NCBI RefSeq assembly: GCF_037042905.1
Contig: NC_087245.1
Coordinates: 41,914,001 to 41,978,000 of the forward strand
Origin: Lytechinus pictus
Lineage: Eukaryota
DNA length: 64,000 nt
Direction: 5' to 3'
Positions 53,034-64,000 of the stretch are shown here, one piece after another. The translations under genes and the position numbers were made by a program. A model generated the notes under the pieces. The model made no database searches and had not been told where the DNA came from. It saw only the letters and a program-made list of their open reading frames with translations. Positions within the stretch are counted from its first letter, which is position 1. The number at the start of each line of letters is the position of its first letter.

Positions 53034-53114
53034 TAAGCCTCCTTGATGAAGGTAGAAAAAGTTCCTTCTGAAACGCCCTTCTATTTCTCATTCAATGTTG
53101 TGATTGATTATAAA

Positions 53115-53244
53115 CTAGAGAAGCATGGATTCTGGCTGCTCCATATATCTCTTGAATTGCTGTAGCCATTGAGCGCCCACTGCACCGTCCACCACTCTGT
53201 GATCACATACAAGGGTTACTGTCAGAATGGAAGCTGGACGGTAT
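53115..53244 (-). CDS. DLAT: Last coding exon of the DLAT-like gene, including stop codon
   Basis: tttgcag acceptor; the first base completes Gly, then [42 protein letters not shown]. Contains the E2 catalytic DHRxxDG motif and is in frame with the 54321-54460 exon. Confidence 0.93.
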
Positions 53245-53282
53245 CTGCAAAGGTTCAAAAGAGAAATTAAAGAAATGGTTAA

Positions 53283-53881
53283 AGGACAAGTCCACCCCCA
53301 ACAAAAAGTTGATTTGAATAAAAAGAGAAAAATCCAACAAGCATAACACAAAATTTCATCAAAATCGGATGCAAAATAAAAAAGTTATGATATTTTTAAT
53401 ATAGTTTCGCTTAATTTCACAAAGCAGTTGTATGCACAACCTGGTCGGTATGCAAATGGGGAGACCTATGTCGTCATCCACTCACTATTTCTTTTGTATT
53501 TCTTTATATGAAATATTCTAATTTTCTCCTCATCATCAAGGGAAACAACGAATAATTCCTCCCTGAACAAGTGGAATTAGCATTGTTTAATACTAAATGG
53601 TTCAGTCAAGTTGGTTCTTATTGTCAAATCTATAAAAAACTGAAATATTGTACAATTCAAACAATAAAAAACAAAAGAAACTGTGAGTGATGGACATCAT
53701 CGACTGACCCATTTGTATGTCACTGAGTTGTGCACATCACTGTTTTTTTAAAAATAAGAGAAACTTCAAAATGCCATATTTTTTTTATTTTACATCCGAT
53801 TGTGATGAAATTTTCAGCGTTATGTTTGTTTGATTTTTCTATATTTATTCAAATCAACATTTTCTGGGGTTGCTTTGACCT
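53283..53881. mobile_element. Kolobok-type MITE (family B) in the last DLAT-like intron
   Basis: TTAA|AGGACAAGTCCACC...TTTGACCT|TTAA; homologous to 44805-45395. Confidence 0.9.
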
Positions 53882-54320
53882 TTAATTGACAAAGCTTGGA
53901 GATTGAAGAATTGAGTTTTACTTTAGGCAATGCCATTTACTTTTTAGCAAACATATTATTAAGAGACACCCTTTTTATAATCACTATGAAACAGTTACCT
54001 CCAATACTCAACATCATAACAAAAATAGACTAAGCTGTGTTCAAGACGAGTAAATTTTTTTTAAACATCAATACAAATTTCTATCCATGTTATGTTTCAA
54101 GTAATAAATATTGTTACAATATAAATTCATGGCTTCACAAATCAGTGGAATGGCAAGAATTGAGAAATGAGCATCAAATTTTTTCTAGAATTTTAATGGA
54201 TTTTAATAGTTTTTTTCAATAATCTAAAATGAGGCAAATATCATACTTAGCAGAAATAATGTATGTTTAAGGTAGACTAAACCAAACAGAACCAAAATAA
54301 AATACAAATGTAAGGCTCAC

Positions 54321-54460
54321 CCTTCTTCAGCATCTTCATCAGGTACAAATCTGTCTTGGACCGCTCCTACTCCCAGATGGCAGGCCTGTGGGGAAGGGAT
54401 GATACCAGCCACGCCCCTTACTCCAAACTCACTGAAATTTGAGATGCTGAAAGTTCCATT
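54321..54460 (-). CDS. DLAT: Penultimate coding exon of a dihydrolipoamide acetyltransferase (PDH E2)-like gene
   Basis: Translates NGTFSISNFSEFGVRGVAGIIPSPQACHLGVGAVQDRFVPDEDAEE(G), matching the E2 segment GGTFTISNLGMFG...IINPPQACILA. Flanked by ...cccccaatag acceptor and GG|gtgag donor; 140 bp, phase 0 to phase 2. Confidence 0.9.
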
Positions 54461-56178
54461 CTATTGGGGGATGAATAAAAGAAAAGAGAGAAAAAATGTA
54501 ACTCACTTTGATTGTTCCTCTTTGTTTGCAAAGATTTCTGTGTCTATTAAGATTTATTAATCTGAACATTTCTTTTGATTTTCTTGATAACATTCATTCT
54601 CTATTCCCCGCCCCATTGGCGCGTTCTCTCCACCTTCTAATCTGCCCATTCTGTCTATCCATCCAAATAATTTTTACTCCTCTTCTTCTTCTACTACATG
54701 TACCAATAGATCAATTTGTCTCTCTCTCCCTTTCTCTCCTTTTTCCATTTCTCATCTACTCATTCTGCTCCTCAGTATCTATCTATTATTCTAATTTTTC
54801 CCCACTCTTTCAAGTAATCTGTCTCGCTTCCTCTCTTTCTCCTTTTCACCTAATTATTTTGCTCCTTTACTATCTACACTGTATCGTTTCAATTTTCTTT
54901 CACTCTTTCCACATTAATCTGTCTTTTCTCCTCCATCTTTCTCTCTCTGTTTCTTGTCTACTCAATCTGCTCATTACTACATATCTATCAGTCTAACTTT
55001 CTGCCTCTCTTCCTATTACATGTACCAACAGATCAATCTGTATAATATATCTTCTTCTTTTCTCTCTCTCTTTCTCCGCTCCTCACTATTTTTGGTCTAC
55101 TCATTCCGCTCCCTACTATCCACCATTACACTTCCTCTCTTCCAAGTACATGCACCAACAGATCAATCTGTCTTTTTTGCATCATCCCTCTCTGGAGCGC
55201 ACTACATTACTAATTCATGTCGAATTTTCCAGCTCGTCAGCCAATTTAAGCAGCCCGCCAATTCCAGCGTCACCCCGGGGGGTCGGAGATCGTGCCACTC
55301 TAATCAGCCTAACCCCCTTGATGATCACCCGTGCCGGGTGGAAGGCTCATTAATTCACACCTTGAGCTACCACTGATTTGACCAATTTGGCACCCGAGTA
55401 TTGGATGAGACATAAACTACAGCCCTCCTGCGATAGCACATTAAATTATTCTCAAGATCAATTTATTTGTCGTCTCCACTGCAACATGCAATGCTCTTGA
55501 CAGTCACATATTTTTGTCATGCATTTCAACAGGAGTGCCCAATCTAATTTTCACCTCTCCGAGAGATTTTAATGAGAAATTAGGGAAACCGTTTTCAATT
55601 ACACACTTGCATTGAGGCAATGAATGTTCATGCATCAGGGGGGGTATTTATTATCAGCAGGTTTTATGTTTTAAACAGTACTGTTATTATATGAACTTTA
55701 CAGTACATGTACCGGTAGTTGTTTAACACTCTAATGTTCAAAATCTCAAACAACAAAGTTTAATTTTTCATATTCAATCCTCAATGAATTAAACATTGGT
55801 TGTTTTAACATCTAAAAAATACTGTAAAGTTCATATATCAAAAAGTGTTGCATAAAAGTTTTAAACGTTATATTTACTGTGTAAAATGGACTTGGCAGCT
55901 TTCTTTTACATGTATGTTCAGAAATTCAATCTATATTATTTTTTTAAACCTTGGAATTTATGCAAAATCAATACCTGTACATAATTGCAGGATTAAGGAA
56001 CAAAATCTGGCAATGTTTGCCTAAATATCTAGGATAATATCTCTTTACGAATTCTGGCAAATTCTGAGATAGTTTAAGGCCAGGACTACTCTCCCTCATC
56101 CCCAACCCCCTAAAAAATGTTTGCAAGGCCTTTAAACTTATTGTTATAAGACAAAATAAAGAAAGGATACATGTAGTC

Positions 56179-56705
56179 TGCATACATTCGTAATTCCGAA
56201 GCTTCGTAATTCCGAAGGTTCAGATATTCCGAAGGTTCGTATTTCCGAAGGTTCGTATTTCCGAAGGTTCGTAATTCCGAAGGTTCGTAAGTCCGAAAAC
56301 GAAATGAGGTTCGTAATTCCGAAGGTTCGTTAGTCCGAAAACAAAGTGAGGTTCGTAATTCCGAAGGTTCGTTAGTCCGAAAACCAAATGAGGTTCGTAA
56401 TTCCGAAGGTTCGTTAGTCCGAAAACGTAATGATTAACGAACCTTATTTCTTTTACGGACTAACGAACCTTCGGAACAACGAACCTTGTTTCGTTTTCGG
56501 ATTAAAGAACCTTCGGAACAACGAACCGTATTTCGTTTTCGGACTAACGAACCTTCGGAACATCGAACCTTATTTCGTTTTCGGATTATCGAACCTTCGG
56601 AATAACGCCACAAATGTTCGGATTAACGAACCCTTTTACGTTTTCGGATTAACGAACATCGAGGTATAGGCAATTCACGTGTTTCGGAATTACGAAGTGT
56701 ACCCA
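56179..56705. mobile_element. TTCCGAAGGTTCGT-repeat MITE (second copy)
   Basis: Same structure as 32340-32864; (CA)TGTAGTC duplicated on both sides. Confidence 0.9.
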
Positions 56706-57156
56706 TGTAGTCGTATATAGTAAAAATATCAGAAATTAGATGAAAAAATTAATGTACCTGCAAGAATCAGAGACTATTTATAATATTAGCTCAACTTTGC
56801 ATTTTGAATTATATCTAGGTAACAACTAGTCAGCATTCAAGTTGTATGATTTCCTGAAAGTTCTTGATAAGGATTTTATATCAAACAAGAAAAAAATCAT
56901 TTCAAAATTATATCGGTTACATATACATGTACAACAACAATGTCTATACTCTGTCCCTGTATCTATTCAATATTATCTCATACTCTTATATTTCAAAGAT
57001 TACGCTACAATTACTGTACATCAAAGTATATACATGTACAGACTACAATGAACTACTACTTGTAGGTACATTTCAATTTTGAAATACATGTAAATAATAG
57101 AATATGAAAACAGTATGTAAATATATTCAGGAGGAACTCTATACATTCATGTATGA

Positions 57157-57727
57157 CCGGGGGGGGGGGGGGGGGCAGTCAAATATATTGCGGTACACAT
57201 GAGTGACAAAAAAAAAAGTGTTTAAAGGGGTGTTTTTTCAGTTTTGGACTTGGGCCGCACGTGCACTCATTAAAGGTATCAAAAATACAGATTTTCCAAA
57301 AAGGGTGGTTTTGAAAAACTGGTCAATGGTCAATCGCGGGGTCATTGTATGTTTTCTTTCCAAAGTTTTTTTTAAAGACTAGCCAAAAGTGTTTAGGGTA
57401 TGTTTTTTCCCCAAGCTAATTCCCCGGGGCTTTTTCCTCCTCATTTCTGAAAAGTGTTCAGGTTCTTCCCGATTGTAAGCAATGACCCTGGGAACGGGCC
57501 TGGGAAATGGGAAAACTTGTTTAGGGGTCATATTCTGGGGAAAACTTGTGAGGGGTCACATTCTGGCGACAACTTGTTAAGGGGCCAAAATGTGTAAATG
57601 AAGCGCGCAAAAAACTGTTTTACGGGGGTTATTTTGCACAGAGAGAAAAACTTGTTTAGGGGGTGTTTGGGAATAATTGGGTCACCCATGTGTAAAGCAA
57701 TATATTTGACTGCCCCCCCCCCCCCGG
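57157..57727. mobile_element. MITE with CC-poly(G) TIRs
   Basis: GA|CCGGGG..GCAGTCAAATATATTGC ... GCAATATATTTGACTGCCCC..CCGG|GA; 2-bp TSD. Confidence 0.85.
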
Positions 57728-59459
57728 GACATAAGACCCCTATCAATACACCATGATTACATGTGCATCTTTTTACACCAGCTATTAATCACTTCCACCA
57801 CCATGGCCAACAAACGAAAAACGTAAAAGGTATACCCCACTAGTTTCTACAGTTGGCCTGTTTGCAAAGACTACGGAAGGCATGAAAAATGACTCTGGTT
57901 AGTGTGCAATCGAAAAGGTGATGAAACCTAATAACAAACTCCTGACACCATGTGCTAAAATTCACCTTGTAATAAATACCTCGGCTGCCAAAAACCTTCA
58001 CCCAACTCTTAATGAATGCATCTTTGGAGCGGCAAAGAAACACTTGAATGCAAAATTGACGAATCAATAATGTCTGAAATATGCAATTTTCCACCCGACT
58101 GCAAGGCGGAGAGCAATTATTGTGCAAAAAAATTCATGAAAAATTGATGACCCTCATCATAGGCTTGTCATGCAAATGTAATCAATTATACATAGGGAGT
58201 AATGGAAACTGGCAAGTCCGTATAACTTACTCCTGACACATTACAGCGCCGGCTCCCATGCAATTCAAATGAGGTGCATTTTTTATGCACTTGTCAATTT
58301 AATATGCATAATGGTTCTCAAGGGGGGACCAGAGAGCTATTGATGTAGTATAAGTACTTGCTTTCTGCTGTATAATCTTCCCCAATGCAATGCCGATGTC
58401 ATTTCATTTTCATTCCATGCTTTTCATTTGCATCTCATGGTTTGTGTAAATTTGCTTTATTTTTTTTGTGGAAACAAGAAGTGGGATCTATTTTTCATCG
58501 CTTTAAAGACGGACAAGTGAGAGACTCATACAACTAGCTGACATCGACCAAGGAGATTTAAACAGATTTGCATTGTCAAAATTGAAAGGATGTGTACTGT
58601 CAAAGTTCAATCCCTAAATACATTTTCCTAAAAATGTCTTTGATATGGTCCTTCTTATTCGTTTTTTTTTTTTAATCAGGGATTTAAATATTAATTCTGT
58701 CATAACACATATTGTACATTGTAATCATTCCCCTGATATTTTTATTACATTTCAATTTGAAATGTAATAAATTTTTCAAATCAGTTACCATAGTTTTGTA
58801 ATATTGAGAAGAGAAAATAAATCTGTTCTCTGTTTCAATAACAGTAAGTCCAGATAAACAGATTCATTTTCTCTTCATTATTTGGATTTCTTCCTGGATG
58901 AATCAAAACATGCATCAGTTTCTTTGTAATATTCTTTCTCTATCAATCTGTCTCTCACTCTCCCTTTCTCTCCTTATATGTATCTTTCTTTCTTTCACTC
59001 TACATTTAGGTCTATTTAGGCCAGTATCTATTTTCTACACTCTCTGTCTCTCTCCATCCCTCTTTCTCTCTATCTATCTCTTAATAATAATAATAATAAT
59101 AATAATAGGCATTTATATAGCGCCATCTATCTACAAATATTCTATTCCGAGGCGCGTTGTTATTGTTATAATAGATCCCTCTTCAACTTTTATCCTGCAT
59201 GCTCTCTCTCTCTCTTTCTCAATATAAAATGAACATGTACGTATCCAATGAGTAGATAAAATTTATCCTTAACTATATATGCATTTTTTCATTTTTAATC
59301 TGCAACATCTAGTTCTTTTCATAAATGTATTTTCTCCTTCTTGCCTTCTCATCTAACGATCAATTAGCATTCCATCCACAAAAATGACAGGACATGAAAG
59401 GTCTGGAGGAGTATGACTGCAACCCAATTATCCACTTTAATTGATCAATTTTACACTAA

Positions 59460-59870
59460 TCTTCTGCCCTAATTCCCATACAGAAACACAGTTTTCGCCT
59501 ACACAGTTCTCCCTTCTCTTTTATCTGCCTAAAAAAGATGGTTGATCTAATTTCCAATTCCATGTGTAAATAATGGAATGCCGAAGAGACCATATTAAAA
59601 TATCTTTGAACATAAGATGCACAAGTCTCTGCAAGTCTGATGGATCGTTCAATAAAACCATACAAAAATAATATTACTTAAATTCACAAAAAATTGAAAT
59701 AATAGCCTCTCCTTTGCAATTACTCCACTCTCTGTCTCTTTTAATGTGCAATTTGCACATAATTCAAAACATAAGTGTTCCCTTAGAACACCCGTTAAAA
59801 TATTCATATGTGTTTTAATCATCGAAGATGATGATTTTTGTATATCTGAGTGAGAAGGCCACAAAACAAA
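59460..59870 (-). mobile_element. Possible L1/Tx1-like ORF2 C-terminal remnant
   Basis: KTHMNILTGVLREHLCFELCANCTLKETE resembles the zf-RVT pattern K..H.IL...LC..C...ET. Weak match. Confidence 0.3.
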
Positions 59871-59881
59871 ACGTCTTGATT

Positions 59882-60576
<695 letters not shown>

Positions 60577-62100
60577 ATTTATTCAATCAAGAAAAACTGG
60601 CAAAACAGTCCAAAGACTGAAAAATCCAGTGTGCAGTATAAACAAAGGCAAAGTACAATATTCAAAATGACGAAATAATAGGTAAAATAGTATGTCACAT
60701 CGATTATCATATTACACAAAAAAGATATACCAGGAAAAAAAACAATAAAAAGTATTTCAAAAAGTAAAATGTTGATCAGAGAAGCATGTTCAGTACAAAC
60801 GTCAAAAAGCGTGGTGCTGTAATTCGAACAGAACGTAACCAGGGCACCTAGTGCTCATTACATGTGCATATAGAATCCTAGAGATCTCTTCTCAACTCAC
60901 TGTTTATCTAAAGTTATGCAGCGTGTATACAGTGTAAGATACGATATGGGGATGAAGGATAAATGAAAAAAGTTAACTCCCCTCTTTTCACAATTTACCA
61001 ACTTTTCCAATAAAACAGTTTTAAAACAATATTTAAGTGTTTTCTGTCTACAAAATCAATGAACTAAATTTTAAATTGATAATGTAATCAAATAGTTCCT
61101 CATACTTGAAAAGGAAGTAAATAATTCAAACTATAACAAAACAAAATATGATGATGTGCACCAACTGTAAATTGAAATTTATATTTTTGGCATTAAAACT
61201 ATACAGTGATTTGTAAAAAGTGACTTTAGTAAAACAATGGCTTTATGGATACTTACAACGTATGCAATGAAGAAGATGATGATTTCACACCTCACTTATT
61301 CTTTTGTATTTTATCATACAAAATTATATTCAAATTGTGTCAGTGGCGTAATGAGTCAAAAATGTTGAAGGGGTGCGATATGGTGTATCACATAAAATTA
61401 ATAAGAATTTGCCAGCGAGCAAAAATTTCGACATTTTTATTTTAAAAATCCAAGTTTGTGATAGATTTTGACATAATATTCATAAAAAAATACATTTCAC
61501 CCTTGTCCCTTTCCTTTTCTTTCCTTTCCTTTTCTCTTTTTTTTCCTTAGTCGTGAAAAAGCCATCCCCCTTCATCTGTACGCCCATGAATTTTGTCCTC
61601 CAGGAATATATAAATAGGATGACTACAGTACTGATGCCATATGTGTGATAATCATAGCTGAAACTTGTTACAAGTTATACTTGCTTTGCACACACAAATG
61701 AAAATATGAAATAACTATGATTTCAAGTAACAGAATAAGAAAAGGGAGAGAGGGAACATGGCATCATAAGCCCTGCTAATGCAAACATGTAGTCAACTTC
61801 AAAATTGACTAACTCTTTTATTTTTCATCAGATTTTGATGAAACTTTCAGCATTTTGCTATTTTTACTCTTTTAGGTTTACTCTTTTTACATAAAAGACA
61901 TTTTTCAGCCTGGAGTACTCTTTTCATGCATGCTCACACGTTTGACAGGTACTCCAGCAAAATCTTTTTTTTTTTTAAGTTTAATATTTTGGGATAAGGG
62001 GAGAGAATATTATCCACACAAAACATCACAGAAGGCATACACATCCAAATAAACAACCAAACTTTCTCACATTACTGTACACTTGTTTTATCACCTGAAG

Positions 62101-62345
62101 CAGGGCTCGACACTAGCGCCGGTCCGACGGTCCCAGACCGGTAAAAATCACTGTCGGGCCGGTAGATTTTCAGAAATAGCAAGATTTACTGGTCCGACAA
62201 GACCAGTAAGAAAATATCATTGTCGGGCCGGTAATTTTTCCAAAAATAGCAAGATTTATGGGTCCGACATAAACAGTAATAAAAACCATTGTTGGGCCAG
62301 TAACTTTTCCAGAAATGGTCAAATTCACTAGTCCAACATAAACAT
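62101..62345. mobile_element. End of a hAT-like element with ~70-bp tandem subrepeats
   Basis: Starts CAGGGCTCGACACTA; repeated GGTCCGAC...TGTCGGGCCGGTA; other end not seen. Confidence 0.55.
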
Positions 62346-62834
62346 AAAAAATATTCCATGACTCAAATTGCGAACCATTTTCCTCCCGTTAAATTTGGTC
62401 ATTCACACACAGAATACACACAGAATGAATCGCATGCAATTTTTACTAGGGTAACATACAGTGTACATATGGCTAGCCAGCCACACAGCCCACATGGTGA
62501 ATTTTCTACTGGCTGCACGAACGAAGCTTGGCGAAGCTTGGCAAACCTCTGGCAGAAATCTCTCACAGAACGGTCAAAATTCACATTTCACACTAATGAA
62601 AAGCTCTTATAATGTCCATATTTCCAAAAAATTGGGGTAACTGTCATTTGTAAGCAGTAAAAGGAGAAATTTTCACTTCTGTTTTAGTTCAAAGAGATCG
62701 GGTTTCGAGTGATATCGTCTGAATACATGATAGCCCCACATATGCATTTGTGTGTGTGTTGATACACTTGGTTTCTTTCGTAGCTATATCTTAATTGAGC
62801 CAAAAAGAAACTGATAATTTATTTATGATAGTTT

Positions 62835-64000
62835 TAGCTTTCTTCCTCTGTTTTCTTTCTATCTTTCTTTCCTTCTTTCTTTTCAATCTTTCTTTAATTT
62901 TTTTTGTTACTGTCTTTCTTTTTTAATTATTCTTTGTCTTTCGTTCTTTCATTCTTTCTGTCCTTTTAACATTTTTCTCTATTTCTTTTTCTCTTTCTTT
63001 TTTGATTTCTTTAATTCTTTCTTTTATTCTTGAGTCCATCCATCCTATATTTATCTCTTCTTTCTTTCTTCCTTTCCTTCTTTTTACCCTTTCTTTCCTT
63101 CATTCTTTGTTTCTTTCTTCATTCCATCCATCCTTTCTTTACCATTTCTTGTTTTTTATTTCTTCCTTCTTTCAGCCCTTTCTCTCTTTCTTTCATTCAT
63201 TCCTTCCTTTCTGTTCTTTCTTTTTTCCCTTCATTCCATCTATCCTTTTACATTTTTTTTTTTTTACTGCTTGCTTCCTTTCCTTTCTTCTTTCGTTCTT
63301 TTTTCCCCTCATTCCTTCCTTTCTTTGTCTTTCAGTCTTTTTTTTTTCTTACTTTCATCTATTTTACATTTTCTTTCTTTTTTCTATTGCTTGCTTGCTT
63401 CCTTCCTTCTTTCCTTCTATCTATCATTTTACCTTTCTTTATTTCTTCCTTCTTTCAATACTTTCTTTCTTTTTTCCTTCTTTCCATCTCTCCTTTTACC
63501 CTTTCTTTCTTTTTTATTGCTTCTTTCTGTCTTGTTCTTTCTTTCTATATTGCTTGCTTCATTTCTTTCCTTCTTTCTTTCTTTCCTTCATTCCTTTATT
63601 TCTTCTTTTTCTTTTGTTCTTTCTTTCTTATTTTTGTTCTTTCTTTCCTTCCTTCCTTTCCCTCTTCAGTTCTTTCTTTTTTTCCTTCCTTCACATTTAT
63701 CCTTTCTTTACCCTTTTTCTTCCTTTCTTTCTTTCTTTCTTTCTATCTTTTTTCCTTCTTTCCATCTTTCCTTATACCCTTTCTTTCTTATTTTATTGCT
63801 TCTTTCCTTTTTCATTACTTTCTGTCTTGTTTTTTCTTTCTTTCCTTTTTTTCTTTTGTTCTTTCTTTCTTTCTTTCTTTTTTCCTTCCTTCACATCTAT
63901 CCTTTCTTTACCTTTTATTTGTTCTTCCTTCCTTTCTTTTATTATTTCTTCCTTTGTTTCTTTTTGTCTTGCTTTCTTTTTGTCTTTCATTCCTTCATTT
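62835..64000. repeat. TTTC/TTCC low-complexity tract
   Basis: More than 1.1 kb of pyrimidine-rich sequence. Confidence 0.95.

Noticed and set aside
53115..53244. Calling the gene PDHX/E3BP, DLST or DBT
   Set aside because: The catalytic His is kept and DGAVGAQWL...P.SMLL is closest to DLAT; a phylogeny is needed to exclude these fully.
53245..53351. N-terminal part of the 78-aa ORF 53115..53351
   Set aside because: It lies in the intron and MITE; the real exon starts after the AG, at 53244.
54508..55376. Hydrophobic 162-aa and 140-aa ORFs (also 21743-22155 and 63793-63990)
   Set aside because: Artefacts of CT-rich low-complexity DNA.

Overview
AT-rich, repeat-dense eukaryotic DNA. The SINE, MITE and Helentron-like repeats resemble those of echinoderms (probably a sea urchin; inference). 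I can support only one host gene: the last two coding exons (minus strand, 54321-54460 and 53115-53244) of a dihydrolipoamide acetyltransferase (PDH E2/DLAT-like) gene. Its catalytic DHRxxDG motif is intact, but the usually conserved SNLGMFG and IINPPQ motifs are changed. No upstream exon was found in the remaining 9.5 kb. The rest is a nested mosaic: non-autonomous DNA transposons (TTAA Kolobok-type, 8-bp-TSD hAT-type, TA Tc1/mariner-type and others), a 4-kb TAG...CTA foldback element with a decayed Academ-like transposase, two more decayed Academ-like remnants, tRNA-derived SINEs, LINE 3' fragments and long (TAC)n/(TAG)n tracts. Other notable features are a perfect 100-bp palindrome, a tandem array dense in RFX X-box motifs, and several unique non-coding blocks that look like enhancers. 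I found no clearly new multi-gene system. The best leads are the divergent E2 and the candidate regulatory elements. Family names come from remembered motifs, not database searches.
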